A stretch of 40,339 bases of DNA from an uncultured Burkholderiaceae bacterium. Its GTDB lineage: Bacteria; Pseudomonadota; Gammaproteobacteria; Burkholderiales; Burkholderiaceae_F. The stretch spans positions 1 to 40,339 of the forward strand of contig CALGWX010000308.1 in the NCBI GenBank assembly GCA_937936215.1. The letters run 5' to 3'. This document shows, piece by piece, positions 26,099-37,944 of this stretch (within the stretch, counting starts at the first letter, position 1; every line of letters begins with the position of its first letter). The notes beneath the pieces are model-generated. The model was not told the DNA's origin. It saw only the letters and a list, made by a program, of their open reading frames with translations, and did no database searches. Position numbers and translations under genes: made by a program.

Positions 26099-26527
26099 TC
26101 AGCGCACCACCAGCACCGGCCGGCTGCTGCGCGCGAGCACCTTCTGCGTTTCGCTGCCGAGCAGCACCGAGGCGAGGCCGCGCCGCCCGTGCGACGCCAT
26201 CACGATCATGTCGCAGTTCTCGGACTCGGCGGCCTGCAAGATGATGTCGTCGGGGTGGCCCTCGCGCAGCACGCGCGCAAAAGCAACGCCGGCGTCCTTT
26301 GCGAGGCGCTCGATCCTATCGAGATGTTCGTTCGCCCGGGCCGCCGCTGCGGCCTGGAAAGCGGCCTCCGCGGGTGCGGCCTCGCCGACGCCGTGGTACG
26401 GATACACCGGCAGGGCGGCGCAACCGACGACAGTCGCGCCGAGGGCGCGCGCCAGGCCGACGCCGACCGCCGCCGCGCGCTGCGACAGTTCACTGCCATC
26501 GGTGGCGATGAGGATGCGCTGCGTCAT
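26099..26527 (-). CDS. Universal stress protein (UspA family)
   Basis: 142 aa. MTQRILIATDGSELSQRAA...DMIVMASHGRRGLASVLLGSETQKVLARSSRPVLVV carries the Usp ATP-binding motif G-2x-G-9x-G(S/T). Confidence 0.9.
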   Translation of the reverse strand: MTQRILIATDGSELSQRAAAVGVGLARALGATVVGCAALPVYPYHGVGEAAPAEAAFQAAAAARANEHLDRIERLAKDAGVAFARVLREGHPDDIILQAAESENCDMIVMASHGRRGLASVLLGSETQKVLARSSRPVLVVR

Positions 26528-26624
26528 CTGTACCTCCGCCGACTTCGTTGCTCCCCGCTTACTCCGGCCAAGACTGCCCGTCGGCAGCGGCGCTTCCGTT
26601 GACGGCCATCAAGCGCCGGAGCGC

Positions 26625-26654
26625 GAAAGAAAACGGGCAGCGCAAAGGCTGCCC
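26625..26654 (-). terminator. Rho-independent terminator of the atp operon
   Basis: Minus strand: GGGCAGC-CTTTGC-GCTGCCC followed by GTTTTCTTTC, about 30 nt after the atpC stop. Confidence 0.75.
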
Positions 26655-26681
26655 GCTGCGACGCCGAGGGTTGCGGCCGCG

Positions 26682-27098
26682 TCAACGTCCACGCAGCTTC
26701 TTGATTGCGGCCAGCTGCGCGGCCAAGGCGGAGATCTCGGCTTCGACCTTGGCGATCTCGAGGTCGCTGGTGGCCTTGCGGCGCGCCTCCTCGGCCGCGC
26801 GCAGCGATTCGCTCGCCTTGGCCTCGTCGAGGTCCTTGGCACGGATGGCAGTGTCGGCCAGCACGGTGACCACGTGCGGCTGCACCTCCAGGATGCCGCC
26901 GGCGACGAAGACCTGGTCTTCCTCGCTGGCGCCGGCCTGGCGGATGCGCACCACGCCCGGCTTGATGCGGGTGATCAGGGGCGTGTGGCGCGGATAGATG
27001 CCCAGCTCGCCTGCCTCGCCCGGAAGCACGACGAATTCCGCCTCGCCGGAGAAGATCGACTCCTCGGCACTGACGACGTCAACGTGGATGGTGGTCAT
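26682..27098 (-). CDS. atpC: F1 ATP synthase epsilon subunit
   Basis: 138 aa. [43 protein letters not shown], located after atpD. Confidence 0.95.
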   Translation of the reverse strand: MTTIHVDVVSAEESIFSGEAEFVVLPGEAGELGIYPRHTPLITRIKPGVVRIRQAGASEEDQVFVAGGILEVQPHVVTVLADTAIRAKDLDEAKASESLRAAEEARRKATSDLEIAKVEAEISALAAQLAAIKKLRGR

Positions 27099-27162
27099 TT
27101 GATTTCAGCCGGGGACGGAGCACTCGGGCGCTGGCGCGCGGCTCGGCGTCTGTCCCACGATC

Positions 27163-28650
<1,488 letters not shown>

Positions 28651-29532
28651 CTACGAAATCGCTGCCGCGCCGCCGACGATCTCCGAAATCTCCTTCGTGA
28701 TGCCGGCCTGCCGCGTCTTGTTGTAGACGAGCTGCAGCTCGTCGATCAGCTTCTTGGCGTTGTCGGAGGCGGCCTTCATCGCCACCATCCGCGCGCTCTG
28801 CTCGCTGGCCATGTTCTCCGCCAGCGACTGGTAGATCAGCGCCTCGACGTAGCGGGTCATCAGCTCGTCGATCACCCGCTGCGCGTCGGGCTCGTAGATG
28901 TAGTCCCACGAGTAGGCGCGCTTTTCCTCCTCGCTCTGCGCGAAGCGGTCGGCCGACAGCGGCAGCAGCTGCTCGATCACCGGCTCCTGCTTCATCGTGT
29001 TGATGAAGCGCGAATAGGCGAGGTAGACGGCGTCGAGCCGGCCTTCGGCGTAGGCGTCGAGCTGCACCTTGACCGGCCCGATGAGCTTTTCAAGATGCGG
29101 CTTGTCGCCCAGGTGCACCACGTGTGAGACGAGGTTCGCGTTCAGCCGCTGCAGGAAGCCGAAGCCCTTGTTGCCGATCGCCGTGGCCTGGAACTTGACG
29201 CCCGCCGCCTCCCACTGCTTGACCTGCTGCAGGACGGCGCGCTGGATGTTGGTGTTCAGGCCGCCGCACAGCCCCTTGTCGGTGGTCACCAGGATCAGGC
29301 CGACGTTGCGGATCTCCTTGTGCCGCACCACGAAGGGGTGCCGATACTCGGGGTTGGCCTGCGCCAGGTGGGCGACGATGTTGCGGATCTTGTCACCATA
29401 AGGACGCGCATGCCGCATGCGATCCTGCGCCTTGCGCATCTTGGAGGCGGCGACCATCTCCATGGCCTTGGTGATCTTGCGCGTGTTCTGCACGCTCTTG
29501 ATCTTCAGGCGGATCTCTTTGGTGCTCGGCAT
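28651..29532 (-). CDS. atpG: F1 ATP synthase gamma subunit
   Basis: 293 aa from ATG at 29530-29532. [36 protein letters not shown]. Confidence 0.95.
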   Translation of the reverse strand: MPSTKEIRLKIKSVQNTRKITKAMEMVAASKMRKAQDRMRHARPYGDKIRNIVAHLAQANPEYRHPFVVRHKEIRNVGLILVTTDKGLCGGLNTNIQRAVLQQVKQWEAAGVKFQATAIGNKGFGFLQRLNANLVSHVVHLGDKPHLEKLIGPVKVQLDAYAEGRLDAVYLAYSRFINTMKQEPVIEQLLPLSADRFAQSEEEKRAYSWDYIYEPDAQRVIDELMTRYVEALIYQSLAENMASEQSARMVAMKAASDNAKKLIDELQLVYNKTRQAGITKEISEIVGGAAAIS

Positions 29533-29653
29533 ACACACTCTCCTCGGGGTGTACGCGATGGCTTCGCCATCGCACGCGCTCCCCTCGGAATCCAGTTAGA
29601 TGTTCGGGCTTGGGGCGGCCCGGCGCCCGAACATGGGCAACGGCAACGAAAAC

Positions 29654-31195
29654 TCAGTACGCGGCGGTCTTCTTGAACTCCTTGATCGCCGCCTCCAGCG
29701 CCGCCTCATCCTCCTTGGACAGGTCCTTGGTGGACTCGATGCGATCGACCAGTGCGGCGTGCTTGGCCTTCAGGAACTCGCGCAGCGCCTTCTCGGCGGC
29801 GAGCGCCTGCTTCACGTCGATGTCGTCAAAATGGCCGTTGTTCACCGCGAACAGCGTGACCGCCTGCTCCCACACCTGCAGCGGGTGGTACTGCGGCTGC
29901 TTCATCAGCTCGGTGACCATGCGGCCGCGGTCGAGCTGCTTGCGGGTGGCCTCGTCCAGGTCGGAGGCGAACTGCGCGAACGCCGCCAGCTCCCGGTACT
30001 GGGCGAGCGCCAGCCGCACGCCACCGCCGAGCTTCTTGATGACCTTGGTCTGGGCCGCGCCGCCGACCCGCGACACCGAGATGCCGGCGTTGATCGCCGG
30101 CCGGATGCCGGCGTTGAACAGATCCGTCTCCAGGAAGATCTGGCCGTCGGTGATCGAGATGACGTTGGTCGGCACGAACGCGGTGACGTCGCCGGCCTGC
30201 GTCTCGATGATCGGCAGCGCCGTGAGCGACCCCGTCTTGCCCTTGACCTCGCCCTTGGTGAACTTCTCGACGTAGGCCTCGTTCACCCGCGCGGCGCGCT
30301 CCAACAGGCGCGAGTGCAGGTAGAACACGTCGCCCGGATAGGCCTCGCGGCCCGGCGGCCGGCGCAGCAGCAGCGACACCTGCCGATACGCCCACGCCTG
30401 CTTGGTCAGGTCGTCGTAGATGATCAGCGCGTCCTGGCCGCGGTCGCGGAAGTACTCGCCCATCGTGCAGCCGGAATACGGCGCGATGTACTGCATCGCC
30501 GCCGACTCCGAGGCCGAGGCCGCCACGATGATCGTGTAGGCCATGGCGCCGTGCTCCTCGAGCTTGCGCACGACGTTGGCGATGGTCGAGGCCTTCTGCC
30601 CGATCGCCACGTAGATGCAGATCAGGTCCTTGCCCTTGGAGTTGATGATCGTGTCCACCGCCACCGCCGTCTTGCCGGTCTGGCGGTCGCCGATGATCAG
30701 TTCGCGCTGGCCGCGGCCGATCGGCACCATGGCGTCGATCGCCTTCAGGCCGGTCTGCACCGGCTGTGACACCGACTTGCGCCACATCACGCCGGGGGCG
30801 ACCTTCTCGATGACGTCGGTCAGCTTGGCGTTGATCGGGCCCTTGCCGTCGATCGGCTGGCCGAGCGAGTTGACCACGCGGCCGATCAGCTCCGGCCCGA
30901 TCGGCACCTCGAGGATGCGGCCGGTCGACTTGACGGTGTCGCCCTCGCGGATGTGCTCGTAGTTGCCCAGGATCACCGCGCCCACGGAGTCGCGCTCGAG
31001 GTTCAGCGCCAGGCCATAGGTGTCGCCGGGAAACTCGAGCATCTCGCCCTGCATCACGTCCGACAGCCCGTGGATGCGGCAGATGCCGTCGGTGACGGTG
31101 ATGACGGTGCCCTGCGTGCGGACGTCGGCGGAAACGCCGAGTCCCTGGATGCGGCTCTTCAGCAGCTCGCTGATTTCGGAGGGGTTCAGTTGCAT
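29654..31195 (-). CDS. atpA: F1 ATP synthase alpha subunit
   Basis: 513 aa. [16 protein letters not shown]..., Walker A GDRQTGKT. Confidence 0.97.
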   Translation of the reverse strand: MQLNPSEISELLKSRIQGLGVSADVRTQGTVITVTDGICRIHGLSDVMQGEMLEFPGDTYGLALNLERDSVGAVILGNYEHIREGDTVKSTGRILEVPIGPELIGRVVNSLGQPIDGKGPINAKLTDVIEKVAPGVMWRKSVSQPVQTGLKAIDAMVPIGRGQRELIIGDRQTGKTAVAVDTIINSKGKDLICIYVAIGQKASTIANVVRKLEEHGAMAYTIIVAASASESAAMQYIAPYSGCTMGEYFRDRGQDALIIYDDLTKQAWAYRQVSLLLRRPPGREAYPGDVFYLHSRLLERAARVNEAYVEKFTKGEVKGKTGSLTALPIIETQAGDVTAFVPTNVISITDGQIFLETDLFNAGIRPAINAGISVSRVGGAAQTKVIKKLGGGVRLALAQYRELAAFAQFASDLDEATRKQLDRGRMVTELMKQPQYHPLQVWEQAVTLFAVNNGHFDDIDVKQALAAEKALREFLKAKHAALVDRIESTKDLSKEDEAALEAAIKEFKKTAAY

Positions 31196-31217
31196 GACGG
31201 GACTCCGGATTCGGAAA

Positions 31218-31766
31218 TTAGGCGGTAAGCGCCGCGTGCATCTGGGCCAGGCGCGTCTTGATGGTGTCGTCGAGCACGTGGTCGCCGACGCTGACGCGCA
31301 CGCCGCCGATCAGCTCCGGATCGACCTTGACCTCGGGGATCAGCTTCAGGCCGAACTTGCGCGACAGGCCCCAGAGCAGATCCTGTACCTGCGCGTCCGA
31401 CAGCGGCAGCGCGCTTTCGATCAGGCAGTCTGCCCGCCCCTCGGCGGCGTTCTTCATGGCGCGGAACTGCCGCGCCACCTCGGGCAGCACCGCCACCCGG
31501 CCGTTGTCGACCACCAGCCGCAGGAAATTCTCCGCCGCCGCTGGCAGCGGCGACTTGATCAGGCCGCGCAGCAGGTCGTAGACCCGCTCGGCGCCCAGGT
31601 TGGGATCGCCGACGACCCGCCGCACCTCGGCGTTGCCGGCCACCGCGGCCATCTCGGCCACGATGCCCAGCCACTGGTCGAGGGCGCCGGCGGCCGACTG
31701 ATCGGCGGTGGCGGCGGCGAACAGCGCCTCGGCGTACGGGCGGGCGATCGTCGACAGCTCGGCCAT
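31218..31766 (-). CDS. atpH: F1 ATP synthase delta subunit
   Basis: 182 aa. [19 protein letters not shown], an OSCP/delta N-terminus, located between atpF and atpA. Confidence 0.92.
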   Translation of the reverse strand: MAELSTIARPYAEALFAAATADQSAAGALDQWLGIVAEMAAVAGNAEVRRVVGDPNLGAERVYDLLRGLIKSPLPAAAENFLRLVVDNGRVAVLPEVARQFRAMKNAAEGRADCLIESALPLSDAQVQDLLWGLSRKFGLKLIPEVKVDPELIGGVRVSVGDHVLDDTIKTRLAQMHAALTA

Positions 31767-31768
31767 GG

Positions 31769-32239
31769 CTACAGGCGGCCCTTCAGTTGCGCCAACAGGT
31801 CGGCGTGCACCTGCGGGTTCACCTCGCGGCGCAGGATCTGCTCGGCGCCCGCCACCGCGAGCGCGGCCACCTGGTCGCGCAGCGCCGTCTTGGCGCGCTG
31901 CATTTCCTGCTCGGCCTCGACCTTGGCCGCGGCGATCAGCCGCTCGCCCTCGGCCTTGGCCTGCGCCTTGGCCTCCTCGACGAGCGCCTGCGCCCGCTTC
32001 TCCGTCTCGGCGACGATCGCCTGCGCACGGGCGCGCGCCTCGGCCTCCAGCTGCGCGATCTTGCGCTGCGCGTCGGCCAGGCTCTGGGTGCCGGCCTCGG
32101 CCGCCTTCAGGCCGTCGGCGATCTTCTTGCGCCGCTCGTCGAGCGACTTGATCAGCGGCGGCCAGATGAACTTCATCGTCACCCAGGCGCCGATGAAGAA
32201 GACCACCATCTGCAGGAACAGTGCGGCGTTGATGTTCAT
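31769..32239 (-). CDS. atpF: F0 ATP synthase subunit b
   Basis: 156 aa. N-terminal TM helix, then a long charged coiled coil ([36 protein letters not shown]). Confidence 0.92.
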   Translation of the reverse strand: MNINAALFLQMVVFFIGAWVTMKFIWPPLIKSLDERRKKIADGLKAAEAGTQSLADAQRKIAQLEAEARARAQAIVAETEKRAQALVEEAKAQAKAEGERLIAAAKVEAEQEMQRAKTALRDQVAALAVAGAEQILRREVNPQVHADLLAQLKGRL

Positions 32240-32325
32240 GTTCTCGAACCGGGATGGCGCCGGACGGGCCCGCGCTGGGCCCGTCGGCTACGTCGACAGT
32301 GGCTTGCCTGGACGGCTGCGGCCGC

Positions 32326-32571
<246 letters not shown>

Positions 32572-32617
32572 TCAGACTCCTCGTTGGAAGGGAACCGGGA
32601 AGGGAAAGGGGCAACCG

Positions 32618-33451
32618 TCAGTGACCTTCGTGCGCCTGGCCGATGTAGACCAGCGTCAGCATCATGAAGATGAAGGCCTGCAGGGTGACGATCAGGATGT
32701 GGAACAGCAGCCATGCGGTGCCGGCGAGGATGTGGCCGGCGGCCAGCAGCAGCGAGCCATCGGCGCGGAACGCCCAGGTACCGCCGAGCAGCGCGATCAG
32801 GAAAAACAGCAACTCGCCCGCGTACATGTTGCCGAACAGTCGCATGCCGAGCGAGACCATCTTGGCCAGGTACTCGATCAGGTTGAGCAGGAAGTTAAAC
32901 GGCCACAGGATCGGGTTGGCGCCGAACGGCGCCGTGAACAGCTCGTGTACCCAGCCGCCGACACCCTTGATCTTGATGCCGTAGTAGATCATCAGCACCA
33001 GCACGCCGAGCGACATGCCGATCGTGCCGTTGACATCGGCGGTGGGTAGCGGCCGCAGGTACTCGATGCCGAAGATCGTGTGCGCGATCCACGGGAACAG
33101 ATCGACCGGGATCAGGTCGATCGCGTTCATCACGAAGATCCAGACGAACACCGTCAGCGCGAGCGGCGCGATGAAGGTGCGGTCGCCGTGCACGATCGAC
33201 TTGCTCTGCTCCTCGACCATCTCGACGATCATCTCGACGAACGCCTGGAAGCGCCCCGGCACGCCCGCGGTGGCGCGCCGTGCCGCCCGGTGCAGCAGGA
33301 ACAGCGTCAGCGCCAGGCAGCAGATCGAGAAGAACAGGGTGTCGATGTTGACGACCGACAAGTCGACGATGAAGCCCTGCTTGCCCGTCGACAGGTGCGT
33401 CAGGTGATGGACGATGTACTCGGTGGCGGTCGGGGCCTGGCTGGTCGCCAT
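32618..33451 (-). CDS. atpB: F0 ATP synthase subunit a
   Basis: 277 aa from ATG at 33449-33451. Conserved [15 protein letters not shown] motif (here [17 protein letters not shown]). Confidence 0.95.
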   Translation of the reverse strand: MATSQAPTATEYIVHHLTHLSTGKQGFIVDLSVVNIDTLFFSICCLALTLFLLHRAARRATAGVPGRFQAFVEMIVEMVEEQSKSIVHGDRTFIAPLALTVFVWIFVMNAIDLIPVDLFPWIAHTIFGIEYLRPLPTADVNGTIGMSLGVLVLMIYYGIKIKGVGGWVHELFTAPFGANPILWPFNFLLNLIEYLAKMVSLGMRLFGNMYAGELLFFLIALLGGTWAFRADGSLLLAAGHILAGTAWLLFHILIVTLQAFIFMMLTLVYIGQAHEGH

Positions 33452-33471
33452 GGTCTCTGTTTCCGTTGTTT

Positions 33472-33810
33472 TCAGCGCCAGATCAGGGCGACGAAATAAC
33501 TCTTCAGGGTCACGATGACCGCGACGATCATCGCCAGCCACACCAAGTCCCGGTAGGCCCAGACGACGAGCAGCAGCAGCGCGACCGTCGAAACCACCTT
33601 CACGAACTCGCCAACGAAGAACGTGGCTGCACTCGTTCCCTGCGGCCTTCGGGCCGCGGCCGCCAGTCGCAGGGCGAAAAGACCGTTGGGCAGCACACAG
33701 GCCAGACCCCCGGCCAGCGCCGACAGCCCCGCCGCCGGCCCGCCGACCGCCCAAGCGATCAGCGCCACGAGAAGCGAAGCCAGCGCCTGCAGGAGTACGA
33801 CGCGAAACAC
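33472..33810 (-). CDS. atpI: ATP synthase protein I
   Basis: 112 aa small hydrophobic protein immediately upstream of atpB, the usual atpI position. Confidence 0.75.
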   Translation of the reverse strand: MFRVVLLQALASLLVALIAWAVGGPAAGLSALAGGLACVLPNGLFALRLAAAARRPQGTSAATFFVGEFVKVVSTVALLLLVVWAYRDLVWLAMIVAVIVTLKSYFVALIWR

Positions 33811-34000
33811 CGTTGCTGCCCCTGGCCACCTCGGGGATCCCGAGGCGACTGCCCCCCCGCAGTCCAGCGAATTCCGTAAAGGCGCGGGATTCTAAGTGGC
33901 GCGCAGACGACGGGTCAAATTTGCGTTGCGGCGCAGCAACCGACTCTGCCGCACGCTCGCTTGACAGGCGACCGGGGAGCCGCCAAGCGAGCGCGGTGTC

Positions 34001-34870
34001 TCACGCCTCGTGCCCGCCGCCTTTCAGGCGCGCGACGATGCCGTCGAGCTGATCGAGCCCGGAGACCCGAATCACCACCGCGCCCCTGCCCCGGGCGTCG
34101 ACTTTCAGCTGCACGGTCGCTGCCAACGCATCGGAGAGTTCTTCCTCTAATCGTTCGATGTCGCGGCTGCGGGGCGGTGCCGACCTCGCGCCGCCCGCAG
34201 CCGGACGCTGCGCCCGGGCCACCAGCGCCTCGGCCTCGCGCACCGAAAGCCCCTTCAGCACGATTTGATGGCCAAGCTGCACCTGGGTGGTGGCGTCCAC
34301 GGCCAATAGCGCGCGGGCATGGCCCATATCGAGACGGCCGCCCATCAGCATCTCCTGCACCGGCGCGGCCAGGTTCAGCAGCCGCAGCAGGTTCGAAGTC
34401 GCGCTGCGCGAGCGGCCGATCGCCGCCGCCGCCTGCTCGTGCGTGAAACCGAACTCGCGGATCAGCCGCTGCACGCCCTGCGCCTCTTCGAGCGGGTTGA
34501 GGTCCTCGCGCTGGATGTTCTCGATCAGCGCCATCGCCAGGGCGGCGTTGTCGGGCACGTCGCGGATGCTGACCGGCACCTCGGTGAGGCCGGCCATCTG
34601 GGCGGCGCGGAAGCGGCGCTCGCCGGCGATGATCTCGTAGCGGTCGCCGCCGACGGGGCGGACGAGGATCGGCTGGATCACGCCTTGGGCGCGGATCGAG
34701 TCGGCCAGTTCCGCCAGCGCCTCGGCGTCCATGCGCGTGCGCGGCTGGTAGCGGCCCGGCTGCAGCTTCTCGATGGGCAGCTGCTGCGGCGTCGACTGCA
34801 CTGCCGGCTGCGGCTCGGCGCCGAGCAGCGCGTCCAGGCCGCGGCCGAGTCCTTTCATCTTCTTGATCAC
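34001..34870 (-). CDS. parB: Chromosome partitioning protein ParB
   Basis: 289 aa. (GTG)IKKMKGLGRGLDALLG, the IENIQREDLNPLEEA box, and HTH FTHEQAAAAIGRSRSATSNLLRLL. The start is GTG at 34870 or ATG at 34858. Confidence 0.95.
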   Translation of the reverse strand: MIKKMKGLGRGLDALLGAEPQPAVQSTPQQLPIEKLQPGRYQPRTRMDAEALAELADSIRAQGVIQPILVRPVGGDRYEIIAGERRFRAAQMAGLTEVPVSIRDVPDNAALAMALIENIQREDLNPLEEAQGVQRLIREFGFTHEQAAAAIGRSRSATSNLLRLLNLAAPVQEMLMGGRLDMGHARALLAVDATTQVQLGHQIVLKGLSVREAEALVARAQRPAAGGARSAPPRSRDIERLEEELSDALAATVQLKVDARGRGAVVIRVSGLDQLDGIVARLKGGGHEA

Positions 34871-35181
34871 CTGCGGCGGCCCTCCTCGGCAACCATAGCC
34901 CGCGCGACGCCGGGCGGGCGTCGGCAGACGTTACCGTAACGACCGACTCGGTTCGTCGAGGCGCGCACCGAACGCCCCGGTCCCGCCACCCCGCTCGGTT
35001 GCCGGCGATTCAGGAGCGACCGCTTCCGCGGCGTCACCGTGTACAGCCCTGCGCCAACGACGCGCGCGGGGCCGGCGGCACCGCCGCCTGAGGGCCTGCC
35101 ACCCATCGTCCGCGGATCGAACTCGCTTTCGGCGCGCGTTTGCCCGCCATTCGCTCGAGCCCTGCGATGCCCGGCCACGGC

Positions 35182-35955
35182 CTACAGCGATTTCATCCGC
35201 TCGACCATCTCGGCGCCGAAGGCGAGGTACGCCTGTGCGCCCTTGGCGCTGCGGTCGTAAGCCACGCCCGGCACGCCATAGCTCGGTGCCTCGGCCAGCC
35301 GCACGTTGCGCGGGATGATGGTGCGGAACACCTTGTCGCCGAAGTGCGCCTCGAGCTGCGCCGACACCTGCTGCTGCAGCGTCATGCGCGGGTCGTACAT
35401 CACCCGCAGCAAGCCGATAATCTTCAGCCGCGGGTTCAGGTTGGCGTGGACGCGCTTGATGGTGTTGACCAGATCGGTCAGCCCTTCCAGCGCGAAGTAC
35501 TCGCACTGCATCGGGATGATGACGCCGTGCGCGCAGCACAGGCCGTTGATCGTCAGCAGGCTCAGCGACGGCGGGCAGTCGATGAGCACGAAGTCGTAGT
35601 CCGCCGCGACCGCGTCGAGTGCCTGCTTCAGCCGCCGCTCGCGATCGTCGAATTCGACCAGCTCCACTTCGGCGCCGGCCAGTTCGCGGTTGGCCGGCAG
35701 CAGGTCATAGCCGCCGCTCTCCGAATGGACAATCGCGGCGCGGGCGGTCGATGCGCCGAGCAGGACCTGGTAGACCGATCGCGCCAGCTGCCGCTTGTCG
35801 ATGCCGCTGCCCATGGTCGCGTTGCCCTGCGGATCGAGGTCGACCAGCAGGGTTCGCTGACCCTGCGCCGCGAGCCCGGCCGCCAGGTTGACCGCGGTGG
35901 TCGTCTTGCCGACGCCGCCTTTTTGGTTGGCGATGCAGAAGATCCGTGCTGTCAC
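35182..35955 (-). CDS. parA: Chromosome partitioning ATPase ParA (Soj)
   Basis: 257 aa from GTG at 35953-35955. (V)TARIFCIANQKGGVGKTTTAVNLAAGLA is the deviant Walker A. Confidence 0.95.
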   Translation of the reverse strand: MTARIFCIANQKGGVGKTTTAVNLAAGLAAQGQRTLLVDLDPQGNATMGSGIDKRQLARSVYQVLLGASTARAAIVHSESGGYDLLPANRELAGAEVELVEFDDRERRLKQALDAVAADYDFVLIDCPPSLSLLTINGLCCAHGVIIPMQCEYFALEGLTDLVNTIKRVHANLNPRLKIIGLLRVMYDPRMTLQQQVSAQLEAHFGDKVFRTIIPRNVRLAEAPSYGVPGVAYDRSAKGAQAYLAFGAEMVERMKSL

Positions 35956-36354
35956 GGCTGGCCCCGTCGCTTTCGCGCGCCGCGTTGCCGTGCGGCCTCT
36001 GGCCCTGCGAGGGACGCGGCCTCCCCAAGCCTCGCGATGGCCCGCGCCGATTCCGCCGTCGGGCGCCGGCCCCAATCGCGAACAAGCGGGAATATGGCAG
36101 TTGCAGGCACGGGCGGGGCATCAACGGCAGGCGGCGGATTCTACGTTCGGCGGCCCTGACGGCCGGCGGGTCATGCCATCCGTCGCCAACGGTGCTGGTC
36201 ATCGCGGGCCACCGACCGCGCGGCATCCGTGCACCAAACGCCGGTGGCGCGGCCACTGGCCGGCAACACGCCGTCGGCCGATCATCGTCATCGTCGCCCG
36301 GCGAGGCGCCGCCGCGACCCCTTCGCCATCGCTTTTCGTACAGGAGGCTTGCCC

Positions 36355-36762
36355 ATGGCCCTCGTGCCACTGCTCACCGATGACCAGGCCGATCCGCAGG
36401 CGCGTGCGGTGTTCGACGACATCCGCGCCTGCCGCGGCACCGATCACGTCAACAACATCTGGCGCGCGCTCGCCCACGATCCGGCACAACTCGAGGCGAC
36501 CTGGCGCGAGGTCAAGCGCGTGATGGCGCCGGGGGCGCTCGACGCGCTGACCAAGGAACTCGTCTACATCGCCGTTTCGGCGGCGAACAACTGCAGTTAC
36601 TGCCTGCACACGCACACGGCGGCGGCGCGCGCCAAGGGCATGAGCGAGGCGATGTTCCGCGAGTTGATGCGGGTTGTCTATCTCGCCAGCCAGACCAATC
36701 GCATCGCCATCGGGTTGCAGGTCGAGGTCGATGCGCGCTACCTGGCGCCGCCGGCGGGGTAG
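36355..36762 (+). CDS. Carboxymuconolactone decarboxylase (AhpD-like) family protein
   Basis: 135 aa from ATG at 36355, with RBS CAGGAGG 8 nt upstream. CxxC-type motif AANNCSYCLHTH. Confidence 0.8.
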   Translation: MALVPLLTDDQADPQARAVFDDIRACRGTDHVNNIWRALAHDPAQLEATWREVKRVMAPGALDALTKELVYIAVSAANNCSYCLHTHTAAARAKGMSEAMFRELMRVVYLASQTNRIAIGLQVEVDARYLAPPAG

Positions 36763-36766
36763 CCGT

Positions 36767-37303
36767 TCAGCGCGGCGATGCCCGGCGCAGGCGCGCCGGG
36801 TCGTAGCCGGCGGCACGCACGTGCGCGAGCAGCCCTTCGTACTCGGCGTCGGGAAAGGTCGGCGTGCGCGCGAGGATCCAGAGGAACTCGCGGCGCGGCT
36901 CGCCGACGATGGCCACGCGGTAGTCGGGCGACAGGTACAGCACCCAGTAATCGCCGCGGCCGATGCCGGTCCAGCGCAGCCACGTTGGCAGGAAGCTCAC
37001 TTTCAGCTTGGCGTTCGTCGCCGGGTCGACCACCTCGGCCATACCGTCGACCGACATCTCGCTGCCGTCGCTGCGCTTGCAGCGATTGCGAACGCCGATG
37101 CGCCCTTCGCCCTGCGGCGTGTAGGTCGCCGTGGTGTCGGCCACGCAGGCCTGCTGGAAGCGGTTGGGGATCAGCGCCACCTCGTGCCAGGTGCCGGCGT
37201 AACGCCCGAGATCGACGTGCGGCACGGTCTGCATCGGTGGGTAGGGCTCGGTCGCGGCGCAGCCGGCCAGCAGCGCCAGCGCAACGAAAAACAGTGCCTT
37301 CAT
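36767..37303 (-). CDS. blc: Outer-membrane lipoprotein Blc (bacterial lipocalin)
   Basis: 178 aa. Lipobox LLAGCA, then VDLGRYAGTWHEVALIPNRFQQ and DYWVLYLSPDYRVAIVGEPRREFLWILAR. ATG at 37301-37303 overlaps the rsmG stop (ATGA). Confidence 0.88.
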   Translation of the reverse strand: MKALFFVALALLAGCAATEPYPPMQTVPHVDLGRYAGTWHEVALIPNRFQQACVADTTATYTPQGEGRIGVRNRCKRSDGSEMSVDGMAEVVDPATNAKLKVSFLPTWLRWTGIGRGDYWVLYLSPDYRVAIVGEPRREFLWILARTPTFPDAEYEGLLAHVRAAGYDPARLRRASPR

Positions 37304-37944
37304 CGCCGCTGCCTCATCTCGATCAGGTTTCTTTGCTCGTTCAAGCCGGGCACTCGCAGTTCGATCGCCCGCACCTCGACGTCCGCCGGTAGCCCCGCCA
37401 GCTCGTCGCGCGGCACGCGGCCCTTCATCGCCAGCCAGACGCCTTCGGGCTTGAGCAGATGGCGGGTCCAAGCCACCAACTGCGCCAAGGTCCCCAAGGC
37501 GCGCGAGACGATGGCGTCGAAGGGCGGCAGCCGCAGCGCTTCCACGCGCGCGTGACGCACGTCGACATTGTCCAGGCCGAGGTCGAGCTTGGCCTGAGTG
37601 AGGAAGGCGCACTTCTTCTGCACGGCATCGACCAGCGTGAAATGCGCCTCAGGCAGCGCGATGGCCAGCACCACGCCCGGCAGGCCGCCGCCGCTGCCCA
37701 CATCGAGCACCCGTGGCCGCCCCTCGCCGACTGCCGCCACGTGCGGCGCGATCGCCAGCGAGTCGAGAATGTGGTGCGTCAGCAGATCTTTGGCACTGCG
37801 GATCGCGGTCAGGTTGTGCACGGCGTTCCAGCGCAGCAGCAGCGCCGCGAAGGCCGACAGCCGCCGCAGCTGGGCCTCGTCCAGGCCAAGCCCGAGCGCC
37901 TCGGCACCTGGCCGGATCGTGGCCGTCTCGAGGTCAGGCGGCAA
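37300..37944 (-). CDS. rsmG: 16S rRNA (guanine527-N7)-methyltransferase RsmG (GidB)
   Basis: 214 aa. [29 protein letters not shown] and [20 protein letters not shown] start at 37942-37944 overlaps the mnmG 3' end. Confidence 0.92.
   Translation of the reverse strand: MPPDLETATIRPGAEALGLGLDEAQLRRLSAFAALLLRWNAVHNLTAIRSAKDLLTHHILDSLAIAPHVAAVGEGRPRVLDVGSGGGLPGVVLAIALPEAHFTLVDAVQKKCAFLTQAKLDLGLDNVDVRHARVEALRLPPFDAIVSRALGTLAQLVAWTRHLLKPEGVWLAMKGRVPRDELAGLPADVEVRAIELRVPGLNEQRNLIEMRQRR

Noticed and set aside
34436-34455. A possible parS within parB (CGTGCGTGAAACCG).
   Set aside because: Only the right half-site GTGAAAC matches. The left half has two of eight matches.
34867-35178. The 103-aa ORF filling the parA-parB gap, considered as a bona fide gene.
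   Set aside because: Third-position A/T use is much higher than in the flanking genes. It uses AGG, CGA and GGG heavily, has Arg/Gly low-complexity composition and no evident SD. It is kept as a finding about the spacer but is not called as a CDS.
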